A stretch of 64,000 nt of DNA, taken from Mayamaea pseudoterrestris. Taxonomy: Eukaryota. Below are positions 12,595 through 23,249 of the stretch, one piece after another. The stretch is from contig BROI01000003.1 of the NCBI GenBank assembly GCA_027923505.1, positions 620,001-684,000 of the forward strand, given 5' to 3'. The position numbers and the translations under genes are program-made. The notes below the pieces were generated by a model that saw only the letters and a list, made by a program, of their open reading frames with translations, did no database searches and had not been told where the DNA came from. The first letter of the stretch is position 1; each line of letters begins with the position of its first letter.

Positions 12595-13831
12595 TCAGCA
12601 TTCCTGACCCGATGCTTCAGATGCATGAACGCTTCGTAGAAAGCCGACCAAGGCTTCGGCATCCTGATTGGCTGTGCGCAAGCGCTTGTCAGTGTGCTCA
12701 GGGTCGGGGCTCCCACTGGATGCTCGTTCCTGTGCTTCTCGTAAAATGTCAGGGAGACCCACACTTGTTTCTTGTATATTGGGGCCTTCATGGATGAGTC
12801 GCTCTACTTCTTGAATCTGAGTTTGAATATGTAAGGGTTGATCCTTGTCACTCTCGGTCGGGTGCAGAACAGACTCGGCGCGCTCTAGCCACGACGCCGT
12901 TCGCGTCACGACGTTTTCGCGAGAAGATCGGCCACCAGCAGCCGCAGCTGCGGTAGCTGCGGCCTTTTTGGCAGACTCGCGTTGCTGCATCTCCAGGCGT
13001 GTTCGCCATCGAATCTCCAGCTGCTCGAGTTCGGCCTGATAGCAACGAATAAGATGTAAAGATGAGAATGGTAAAATGTCAACTGACACTGCGCAAGCAT
13101 ACACATACCTGAGCCCGGTCAATAGCCGATGCATTGCCTGGGCTTCGGACAGCGGGATGGAATACCCGCTTCCCTATGCACGCATCGCCTGTAAACTTTT
13201 TCGTGATGCGCATAGGATCGCATTGTAACTTTTCGGAAAGGTAGGTCCGCAAAGTCGTTCCTGCAGGGGCGTCGAGAAAGCCCGAGTTAAAATCTTGGAT
13301 CACTCTTGCAACGTAGTTCTCTTCTTCTAAAGTCCATTTGCCGCGCCGTAAGCCATTGCCAGATTTGCTTTTGGTAGATCGCTTACTGTCGAGAGAAGAT
13401 GACCGAGGCCTTCCTCCTGCTCCATCGCCAAGTGAATATCCATCATTCGAAGGCGAGCTTCTTGAACTTTCAGTGTCACAAGATCCCGGAACTGACCCTT
13501 CCATGAATTGATAGCATGCATTTGCCAATTCATCCGATGACTCTTCTGACTTGGAGCCGACCAGCGCCACATTCGAATTTGGGGCATCGTCATTCGCAGG
13601 ACTTTCCTCTGGCGTACGCGTAGAATCTCCACCTACTCGTTGGTGCAAATCCGAATCTTTTGCATCTTCAGAAGCGTTATTTTGAGTGACTTGAAGTTGC
13701 AATTCACCGTGGCGTGCAATTTTGTCAGCAATGACACAAGGCGAGTCCCCGCAAGCAATGCTCGAGCGTTCCATTGTCGAAACTGGAGCAACCTCATGCG
13801 TTTCTTCGTCCTTTGTGCTTGTCGACTCCAT
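12595..13831 (-). CDS. Myb-like domain protein, putative transcription factor (intron 13036-13108)
   Basis: LRRGKWTLEEENY..GTTLRTYLSEKLQCDPMRITKKF; in-frame splice RAQ|AELEQLE. Confidence 0.78.
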
Positions 13832-14555
13832 ATTTTTAGCTCGCCAGCCTATTTTTTACACCGATTTCCGACGCCTGACTGGCACAATCTGGGTTCAACT
13901 TGGCGAAAGACACACTTCGCAGAACTCGATGCCGCACGAAGATTTCTCGATTCTTCTTCGCGTCCGGCCTCTCCGACAAGCTAGATATCTGTGTTGATAT
14001 ATAAGGATAATCAAATTGAGTTATTTCAGCAGCTTTTCCCCCAAGAAGACAGCAAGGAGCCAGATGTTGTTGCGAATCGAAACCAAACGATGATACACTT
14101 CAACCTATGAGTACCGCTGCGTCTTCGGCGAAAAGAACTTGAAGTCAACCACCTGGCCAGCAACCATGGCGATAATGCAACGTATACGGCAGAATCTCTT
14201 CTTACCTGCTTACAATATCAATATAGCGATGCTTAGACCAATGCAGACAGCATGTTACCACGCAGCTAGAAAGGAGAAAGCTTTTGGAGTGTAGGAGGAG
14301 AGGACGTTTCTCCGCGGCGTTTTGTCGACACGACGAGTCGACGATTCGGTTCCGCCACGTCGGTCCGGTACTTGGAGCATAGTTTCAAAACGTCACTTCA
14401 TCATCATTTGTAGTCTCTCCGGTATTCACCCCGCGCCTCTACCTCACGTTCGAACATCGGCGTGTTGGCCACAAAGCAGCTTTCTCGTGTTGTTGTTGCA
14501 AAGTGTTTTGTATTGTAGTCAGCAATCGGCCTGCGAAAGAAGCTCAGTCATAAGA

Positions 14556-17173
14556 ATGGCACCTCTAATCTTGTCGGGAACGGCCGATGAACTAAAAAGC
14601 CCTCGGGCCTTAAAGGTACGCTTTTTCTTACTTCGCTTTTGCCCTGATCTGTCCTGTGCTTGGACACATTTGACATTTAGGAAGAATATTCTATACATGG
14701 AAACTCTATTGCTTCATCTACTTATAAACTTACATGGCTTTTGACCTTTATTGCCATAGATTCTCGCGGCATGCTGCAGGGCAGGTCTTCCTGTCACGCG
14801 CACCAAAGATTCCATTGCGACAAATGGATCATGCACTCCACCCTCGAGCGACGGACTAAAACTAAGCGCTCTTAGTCAATCATCTGCATCGACGATCGTC
14901 TTGACCACGAGTCGCTCCAGTCTTCTTTATATTGCATCGCTCGCACCATTGACGGGTCTAGGAGGCGCGACAGCTGCTGATCAGGCGATGGTGGATGCCT
15001 GGTTATCCTATGGATGGTCGTCAATTGATGTGTCACTGGCCGCCTCTGGAACACCAGACTTGGCATCTTTGCAAATTCTTGATCAGCACTTGCTACACTC
15101 GACGTACCTGGTGGGTGATGCAATTACCGTTGCCGATATTGGTTTGGTGGCATCCTTGTATCTACATGAACTACCTTCCGATTTTGAATCATTGAACCGA
15201 TGGGTCAAAACGATAGTGCACCAAGAGTTCTTCCAAAGCAGTCTGCAACAATTGCAACAAGGAACAACTGTTGCTGCAGCGTCGCGAACGTCTGCCACCG
15301 CGCATATTTCCACAGTCACGGACGCTGTCGCAATGAACGGCGCACCGACTGCCGTCGTTTCCAACTTGTATCGCCGCCATCGCATACGCATCAAGGAGAT
15401 TCTGCAGGCCGCTACTGGCGGTGATGGAACAACTCGATACGAAACCCAACTCGTTACTGTGGCGGGCTGGGCGCGGACCATTCGCAAGGCGTCAAGCAAG
15501 CTCGTCTTTGTTGAACTCAACGATGGGTCAACCAACACTTGCCTTCAATGTGTTTTAGACTTTGAAAAGACGGAAGGTTTTGAAGATTGCAAGAACAGTG
15601 GAGGAACTGGTGCATCCTTTCAGTTTGTCGGAACAATTGTGCCAAGTAAAGGAGGCGAACAAGCAGTCGATTTGCAAGTTTCAAAGGCTACATTGCTCGG
15701 CGCAGTGTATGGAGGTGACGTTCATGGAACCACGGTTGGTGGAATGCTCTACCCCATGGCCAAGAAGGAACACACACTTGAACATTTGCGCGAGCAAGCC
15801 CATTTGCGACCAAGGGCATCCATTCACGCGGCCGCTATGCGAATTCGGCACGCCATGGCTTTTGCCACCCACAACTTTTTCCACAATCATGGTTTTCTAT
15901 ATATTCACACACCAATTTTGACAGGAGCTGATTGCGAAGGAGCGGGAGAGCAGTTTGGTGTGACGACTTTGATGGGAACTGATCATTTGAAGCCAGGTGT
16001 CACGCTTCCTATTGTTGAAGAGAAGGAGATCTCCAAGAGTGAGCTGAAGCGACTAGAGAAGCAACGCGCCAAGGCAGATCCTACAAAACCACTGGAGGAA
16101 CATGTTCCCGGTGCTATCGACTACTCCAAGGACTTTTTTGGCCAGCGAGTCAACTTGACCGTCTCGGGTCAATTAAACGTGGAGACGCATGCCTGCGCCT
16201 TGTCTGATGTGTACACGTTTGGACCTACTTTTCGGGCGGAAGAGTCGAGAACATACCGTCACTTGGCTGAATTTTGGATGATTGAACCGGAAATTTGCTT
16301 TGCGGACTTGAACGACGATATGAATCTTGCAGAAGACTACCTGAAATACTGTGTCCAGTTTGCTTTGGAGAATTGCAGTGAAGACTTGGAGTTTTTTGAA
16401 AACAATCCACATGGCGAAGCGGGTCTTCGAGACCGTCTGCGCAATGTTTTGGACAATGAATTTAAGGTAGGTTTGTGAACGGAGTGAACGTCACAAGTGC
16501 TTGTGTGCCATGATGCTTGCTACCTTCGTAATGACGAAACCATACTACAGTCGGAATCTCTCTGATATCATTGATGAGAGCTTAGTCATCTAATTATTCC
16601 GGAACGAAGTAGAGCAGCTCTGGACAGCAAATGATTAATGTTGGTCGATACATGTTACTCACACGCATACACATCGTCATCTTCATTCAGCGCCTGACAT
16701 ATACGGAAGCGATTGAACTCTTGCAAAAGGCAGCAGCTGATGGCGTCCAGTTTGAAGTGAAGCCGGAGTGGGGCATTGACCTGCCGTCGGAACATGAGCG
16801 ATACATTTGCGAAACAATTTTCAAAAAGCCTGTAATTCTAACCAACTACCCCAAGGAGATTAAAGCTTTTTACATGAAGGTTGACGAGGACGGCCGCACT
16901 GTGGCAGCTGCTGATGTACTGGTTCCCAAGATTGGTGAAATAATCGGCGGTTCACAACGAGAGCACCGGTTGGATGTATTGAAGCAGCGCTGCATTGATA
17001 TGAACCTTGATCCGCGCGCCGTATGGTGGTACTTGGATTTGCGTCGGTACGGAACTGTACCACACGCTGGATTTGGTTTGGGCTTTGAGCGATTGATTTT
17101 ATTTGTGACGGGCTTGGACAACATTCGCGACGTAGTTCCTTTCCCTCGATGGGTTGGCAACTCGAAGTTCTAA
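14556..17173 (+). CDS. NARS: Asparaginyl-tRNA synthetase with N-terminal GST-C-like domain (introns 14616-14759, 16467-16690)
   Basis: OB-fold [68 protein letters not shown]. Confidence 0.96.
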
Positions 17174-17264
17174 GTTGCATGACTAAGGTAGTTTGAACGT
17201 GAAAATAGCAAGAATACCTAAACAATGATTTTAACTTCGATTTTTGCATTTATAAAATACTAAT

Positions 17265-17921
17265 CTATTTCTTAACTCTTTCCTTCTTGCCATGAGTCCG
17301 TTGCTTGATCTTTTCCTTTCCTTCTCGTTGCCTTTGAGTAAGCGTCATGTCTTCCAATAGCTCGGCCTGGTCCATGGCCGTCTCCTTGTCTTTTGAAACC
17401 GCCACAACTGGCGGTTTCACCTTGTTGCTCGTTGCTGTCGTCGTCGTTGTCAGTAGTCGATTCTTGGCCCAAGCGCGAAGGCGAACCATGTCAATATGCA
17501 CCGGCACAGCATTTCTCTTGGCGGAGCCGTTTGATTCATCGTCATCTTCACTCGGTCGTGTCGGTTTGGCAGCAGCAGGAATACTAAATGATTGGCAAGT
17601 CAGGCGATTATATAGAAATGGGGGGCTTTTGCGCGTCAGCAGTGCAAGACAAGCTTCAGCGGCTGGTTCACGTAGCACATCCAAGCGTTCCACCTTGACT
17701 CCAAGCTCGCGCTCAATCCGACAGACGGCTTGCTCCATGGCGTCAACCTCTGGCATGAGACCAGGAGGTACTTTGAAGAATACAAGAGGAGTGTATTGCT
17801 GTTTCTTTGTCAGATATGGAATCTTGAGGTTCAGCCGAGCATTTGCTGCTGGTGCAGCATTTGAAAGGAGAAGGAATCCGACGATTTGTAGCATGGCTAT
17901 AACGGGCAATTGTCGTAACAT
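17265..17921 (-). CDS. Hypothetical signal-peptide protein, possible thioredoxin-like fold
   Basis: Hydrophobic N terminus; ELGVKVERLDV..PPFLYNR..LRAWA; no CxxC motif. Confidence 0.6.
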   Translation of the reverse strand: MLRQLPVIAMLQIVGFLLLSNAAPAANARLNLKIPYLTKKQQYTPLVFFKVPPGLMPEVDAMEQAVCRIERELGVKVERLDVLREPAAEACLALLTRKSPPFLYNRLTCQSFSIPAAAKPTRPSEDDDESNGSAKRNAVPVHIDMVRLRAWAKNRLLTTTTTATSNKVKPPVVAVSKDKETAMDQAELLEDMTLTQRQREGKEKIKQRTHGKKERVKK

Positions 17922-18265
17922 ACTTGAATTGAGTATCTACCGCTGCGGTAGACTGATACAATTGTAGAAAAGATCGTCGGTTGACTTTTGGTGTGACCAT
18001 GCAAGGTGGATGGCGCGATGGCGCGATGGCGCGGTCGTCACAGAGTCAAAGGTCGTACCGGTATTGACTGCGACATACGAAGGGAACCATTCGTTCATCC
18101 AAACTGTATTGTTCCATCATCATTCGTTCCATCGCATTATTGTAGAGGAAACGCTTTGTGTGAGCAAGAGCGAACTTTGGATTAGCTGCAGGAATATAAA
18201 AGTGATACAAACGACTTGCGAGTGACTTTGCCGAGTCAACAAAAGGCATCGTCATAAGCTCCATC

Positions 18266-20251
18266 ATGTCGTCGAATGCGCCACAATCTTCGACAGCGTC
18301 ATCAGCTCCTTTAACCGATGACCAACCAGTCTACAAGTTTCTCGTGCTTGATTCTGGTCCGATCATCAAGCTGACAAGCATCAGTACACTATGGAAGCGC
18401 GCCCAAGAATTCTATACAGTCCCCGCCGTCCTCGACGAGATTCGCGACGCCAAGGCTCGTCAGCATTTGAACCAATTGCCAATGCCACTCCAAACACGAA
18501 TTCCATCAAACCATTCCATGCAAGTTGTTTCAGATTTTAGCAAGCAAACGGGAGACTATCAAAGTCTCTCGACGACGGATCTTCAAGTCATGGCGCTCGT
18601 CTACGAGTTGGAGCGTGAGGCGTGCGGCGGAAATGTCGATCATGTGCGAAGGAAACCAAAGCGCATTGTTGGATTGGGTCCCATGCAGATTCTTGGCAGC
18701 AGCAGGAAGCAGACTGTGTCCGTTAACGCTGAGAATGGAGAGACAAAGATGGAAGAATCAAAAGTGGAAGGAAACGATGAAGAGGTACACGAGGATGTCG
18801 ACGACGCCGATTCTGATTCGGACTCATCGGACGATGATGACGACGACGACAATGATGATAACGGCGCGAGCGACAATGATGAAACGTCTGGTATCAACAG
18901 CACTAATGAATCAGCTCCTGTCAACTCGTGGGCCAAGATTGTGAATCCTCGCGCCGCTTCTACTTTGGCGACAGTGGAGGCGCCGCAGACGGAGTCGCTG
19001 CATGTTCCATTTGGCAAACTCGTGCTTGGCACTAATGAAGAGAACCAGTTTTCTGACGCGGACGATGATCCGGCTGCGAGTGATGATAGCAGTGATCATC
19101 TGGGGCTCGATGTAACCATCGAGCAAGAACTGGAGCAGGGATTTCCAAGTTTGGCTGCTGCTGCCACAGTTCCTATGGAGGACGAGTGCGAAGAAACTGA
19201 TGTTCATGATGATGCTTTGCTTTTAGAGCAGCAACTTAAATTGGAGGAGGAGCGAAAGAAGGAAGCACTCAAACCCGTGTCAAAATCAGGGAAAATGTAC
19301 AACTCATTCACTAAATACAGCGATTTGTTTAAACCTAAGCCGAAACCGGTAAAGGCTGATGTAGATTCGAGCTCAAAGCACCAAACCGAGCAGTCGAACG
19401 TACTTGCCGGTGGAGCTCCACTACCTGATGACCATGATGCGTATGAACAATCTCGTATTGTGGGAGGCTTGGCGTTCTCGGGCCAAGATGATGATGTCGA
19501 GGATGACGGTGAGGGTTGGATTACTAATTCGGCGGAAATTTCGACAATGAAAGCCTCTGGTGCTTTGGATCCCATGCGTTCTACTAACACCAAGGACAAT
19601 GCAACTGCAAAGCAGATGAGTGGTCCTTTGCCGAGTGAGCGGGCAGCCTGTGCAACGACGGATTTTGCAATGCAGAATGTCTTGCTACAAATGAATTTAG
19701 AGCTTCTTTCTGTTGACGGTATGAAGGTCCGCAAGCTGAAGTCGTGGGTCACGCGCTGCGGATCCTGCTACAAGATTTTTACGAGCACCGACAACTTGGG
19801 TCCGCTCAAGTGCAAGAGGCTCTTTTGTAGTCATTGTGGAAGCGACTTTTTGCAGCGCATTTCCTGCAGCGTCGATGGAAAGACGGGTCGCTTGAAGCTC
19901 CATTTTTCGAAGAGATACAAGAACAACCTTCGAGGAACCAAGTTTTCGCTTCCAAAGCCATCGTCGGGCAATCGCTTTCAGGGTGATCTATTATTGCGCG
20001 AGGATCAGCTGTTGGTTGGTGCTTGGAACCAAAAGGTCAAGATGATGTCCGGTGGCAAAAGTAGAGACGCTGCCCAGTCCATTTTCGGAAAGGATATAGC
20101 GTCGAACGTGGGGTGCAAAGCGTCTACTACTACTACTGGAGACGATATTCGAGTTGGTTTTGGTCGTCGCAATCCCAATTCTGCCAAGGGCAGAGAACGT
20201 CGAGGCAAGAGGAAAAAGACGGCCGACAAGGCTTGCGGACTTCGTCGATAG
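18266..20251 (+). CDS. NOB1: 20S pre-rRNA endonuclease NOB1
   Basis: PIN domain LVLDSGPII, EIRD, TGDYQSLSTTD; DDGEGWIT; TTDFAMQNVLLQM; Zn ribbon RCGSC..FCSHCG; RGTKFSLPKP. Confidence 0.96.
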   Translation: MSSNAPQSSTASSAPLTDDQPVYKFLVLDSGPIIKLTSISTLWKRAQEFYTVPAVLDEIRDAKARQHLNQLPMPLQTRIPSNHSMQVVSDFSKQTGDYQSLSTTDLQVMALVYELEREACGGNVDHVRRKPKRIVGLGPMQILGSSRKQTVSVNAENGETKMEESKVEGNDEEVHEDVDDADSDSDSSDDDDDDDNDDNGASDNDETSGINSTNESAPVNSWAKIVNPRAASTLATVEAPQTESLHVPFGKLVLGTNEENQFSDADDDPAASDDSSDHLGLDVTIEQELEQGFPSLAAAATVPMEDECEETDVHDDALLLEQQLKLEEERKKEALKPVSKSGKMYNSFTKYSDLFKPKPKPVKADVDSSSKHQTEQSNVLAGGAPLPDDHDAYEQSRIVGGLAFSGQDDDVEDDGEGWITNSAEISTMKASGALDPMRSTNTKDNATAKQMSGPLPSERAACATTDFAMQNVLLQMNLELLSVDGMKVRKLKSWVTRCGSCYKIFTSTDNLGPLKCKRLFCSHCGSDFLQRISCSVDGKTGRLKLHFSKRYKNNLRGTKFSLPKPSSGNRFQGDLLLREDQLLVGAWNQKVKMMSGGKSRDAAQSIFGKDIASNVGCKASTTTTGDDIRVGFGRRNPNSAKGRERRGKRKKTADKACGLRR

Positions 20252-20365
20252 TATGTTTTTTAATAGAAAACCGGTTGCACGTGTATTATAAGTCCGTTAA
20301 TAAACTGCGTCGACAGTGACTTTACAATATTGGCGCTATGATTTAAGGGCGACATCACCAGATAT

Positions 20366-22978
20366 CTACACTTCGGCAGTAGTTCCCATACCAGCAGTAC
20401 TACCTGTACTTCCTTCACCGCCATCGCTTCTTCCTGTACTGAGCTTTATGTCAACAAGCAGTGATGCGAAGTCAAAAGCTCCGCTTCGAGTGTTGGTCAT
20501 GTCGTACAGCTTGACGCTTCTTATGCCTCGCCTTAAACAAGATATCGGAATCGAAGAGCTTGCAATAAACTCATCTTTTGTCTTATCATGAACTGTAAAT
20601 TGTACCATTGCCACTTCCCAATTTTCAACTTGGAATTGGAACTTCTCTTGGCCCCAAATCGGAAAGAATCCGTTTTGTAGTGCCGCAGTACTCGGGTACC
20701 AAGTTATCGACTCCTTTTCTTCCTTCTTCACGTCGTAAAGTGCAACGCGTACATAAGGATCGATGCAATCTCCATGTCGGGTGCCTTTTGGTTTCGGTAT
20801 GCATGAACCAGCTAACGCTCGAATAGAAAGGCGCATTGGGTTAGGTGATGTGTCGCCTAATGCTTCATCCTTTAATATTAGCGACGGCGGCTTTAAAACG
20901 TAGCCACAGCTGCCATTTTCGCGGAATCGCCCATCGTTCAGCCGAAGAAACGCGTCTGGTGTCTGAAAATTCAATGCTGCCATTTGACAACCTGCCGACC
21001 AAGCGAGAAGTGGATTGTAATTAGAAGAATCGACTCGGGAGCCTGCTGGATAAGTTCGACTCATGTGTGATTGGTTGTAGACTACCCAAACGTTGGCTTC
21101 CTTGTGCCGAAGACGACTTCGAACCTTGCTCTCGCTGAAGGAATGCATGTAGTACGTTGGCGCTTTGCAACTCGCCTCCCATGATAGGAATTTGTGTCCA
21201 TGAAACAGAGTTAATCGTGCTAGCTCCGGAGCTACACCAAATCCCTTCACCTTGGCACGATTTGCTTCGGAATCGACCATAGTGACCGATCCCATAGAGC
21301 TTGTTGGACCATCATCGTCCGAGTCGTCGTCCGTGTCGTATGCATCAGCTTCGGTTCCATCCGGTCTTCTTCCCTTTATCACTACCATTCCACGTAAACT
21401 TGCCGGCGAAGGCAGCCGTCCATAAAGGGATGCTTCGGTTGGTATGTACAAAGATGCGCCAAGAATGCGAACAAGTGCATCGGCCATGACCTCTTGATAC
21501 GGAATGCTGCAGTGATTCTCAAAGGAAAGGATAATTGGATACGTGTCCGGGTGGAAATTCAGAAACACTTTGATTGTCCTGATAATGTCGACAAACAAAA
21601 TTTTACTCGTCATTGTCTTGCCATGCCAAACAATGGGCACTGGCGATCCGTTTACTGACTTTGGACCATCCCAAACATCCAGTTCCAAGCAACGACAGCC
21701 GCGGTACAATGCGTTCGAGTACATTTCAACGCGTGAGTGAGAAGTATATTGATCGCCCACCAGATATGTGTTATGGCTCGAGTTTATCCAATACGCCGAA
21801 AGTGGATGTTCCATTTCAGCAATGTCGTGTCGCTCCTTGTCTGGTGAAAACGCTTCATTTGCTTCGGAAAACAGGTATGCCTCAAACTGGTCCTTGGTGA
21901 TGCGATTAATGTCTAACTTCTCGCCAGTGGTATGTGCAATTTCCATGTCATGTAGTTTGCGAAACAGTTTGCGCACGTCAATCAAGGTCATTTTTGCTTC
22001 ACCCTGCATGCCATGCAGAAATCGCTCTAACAGTGTCTTATCGCTTACAGTAGTTCTCATTTTACCGTTATTCATAACCTCCCCAAACAGTTGGTTCCAA
22101 ATGACGTTAACAGGTTTTACAATCCAGCTATCACGCTTTAGCTTGTGCAGAAAGGTTGCTGATTGTTCAAAGCTCAGTCCTCGTCGACGCATGGTCCGAT
22201 CCAAGCCAATCACCTTTCCGAACTTGTCATATGTAGATGCTAAATCTTTCGGTTTCATTGGATAGTTGAGCTGATGTAGTATCTTTCCAACTTGTGCAGT
22301 AGTTATAAACCCCGTCTTTTCCTTGTCCACGTCGAGCCAAATGTATCGAAGCAATTGCACGTCACTCGCAACGCGCGTTTTGCCGCGCTGGTAGGCCACC
22401 AGTATGCGATCAATAGCATCGCAAATCTCCTCTCGTAGTGCATGCGTCGGAGCCATGAGATCCACTGTATGAGCACCTCGGAAAATGAGCGAAAAGGAGG
22501 TGAGCGGGTCTAGTTGCTGCACCCATTGGGAAGTAGAGTTTGCGGTAGGCGTGCTTGCGAGCGACAATGCCGTTGTCGAGGCATCACCGACTGAAGCTGC
22601 TCTTGCTGGAATACTTTGAGGTCTCTTTACTCCTGCGGATCCTCCCGTCAAATTTCGATTCACGACGCTTGGTTTTCGCATCTTTGCAATTTCGAATTGT
22701 TGCGTCGCTTGTCCCCGTTGTATTCTATCTATCTCTCCAATATCAATCGATCTGCTAATGGAAGGATGCGTTCTGAAAAATCCCTTCTTTTCAAGTGAAC
22801 TGAGTTTAATGCTGAACTTGTCATGACTTATGCAAAGCATGGATTGGGTGAGCGAGCCATTCGCCGAAACGAGTGAAACTTCAACACCTGCACCCTCGAG
22901 AAGATTCGCGGGAACAGCGACTGTCGTCAGAGCACTCAGAAAGTGGATTTTAGGCGCCTTTTGAACAGGCTCACTCAT
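20366..22978 (-). CDS. Phosphoinositide-specific phospholipase C (PH-like, EF-hand, X, Y, C2 domains)
   Basis: YWINSSHNTYL, GCRCLELDVWDG, YPIILSFENHCS, SRTYPAGSRVDSSNYNP, ALNFQT, GYVLKP, DPYVRV. Confidence 0.96.
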   Translation of the reverse strand: MSEPVQKAPKIHFLSALTTVAVPANLLEGAGVEVSLVSANGSLTQSMLCISHDKFSIKLSSLEKKGFFRTHPSISRSIDIGEIDRIQRGQATQQFEIAKMRKPSVVNRNLTGGSAGVKRPQSIPARAASVGDASTTALSLASTPTANSTSQWVQQLDPLTSFSLIFRGAHTVDLMAPTHALREEICDAIDRILVAYQRGKTRVASDVQLLRYIWLDVDKEKTGFITTAQVGKILHQLNYPMKPKDLASTYDKFGKVIGLDRTMRRRGLSFEQSATFLHKLKRDSWIVKPVNVIWNQLFGEVMNNGKMRTTVSDKTLLERFLHGMQGEAKMTLIDVRKLFRKLHDMEIAHTTGEKLDINRITKDQFEAYLFSEANEAFSPDKERHDIAEMEHPLSAYWINSSHNTYLVGDQYTSHSRVEMYSNALYRGCRCLELDVWDGPKSVNGSPVPIVWHGKTMTSKILFVDIIRTIKVFLNFHPDTYPIILSFENHCSIPYQEVMADALVRILGASLYIPTEASLYGRLPSPASLRGMVVIKGRRPDGTEADAYDTDDDSDDDGPTSSMGSVTMVDSEANRAKVKGFGVAPELARLTLFHGHKFLSWEASCKAPTYYMHSFSESKVRSRLRHKEANVWVVYNQSHMSRTYPAGSRVDSSNYNPLLAWSAGCQMAALNFQTPDAFLRLNDGRFRENGSCGYVLKPPSLILKDEALGDTSPNPMRLSIRALAGSCIPKPKGTRHGDCIDPYVRVALYDVKKEEKESITWYPSTAALQNGFFPIWGQEKFQFQVENWEVAMVQFTVHDKTKDEFIASSSIPISCLRRGIRSVKLYDMTNTRSGAFDFASLLVDIKLSTGRSDGGEGSTGSTAGMGTTAEV

Positions 22979-23249
22979 ATTGAAGGCAAAGGTGTTGGTC
23001 GTTGAAGGAAAGTAGGTAGGCATGATCCATCGTCGGTCGATCGTCGATCGAATGGATGCATGCATGCAACAAGCGCGCGCAACTTGGCGGTCCGTCACCA
23101 AGCCTGAACCCTAACCTTTGTAAGCATCATATTTTCCTCATTCGGTGCATGTGCTGTCAGAGGCGACGACTTCACCATGGCGGAGAGCCGCACAAAAGCG
23201 GTTGCAACGTCGCCCTTACTAAACGCTGCTCCTTTTTCGAATCGCAGGC

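Noticed and set aside
18009..18033. (GATGGCGC)x3 microrepeat upstream of NOB1
   Set aside because: Too short to distinguish from ordinary slippage
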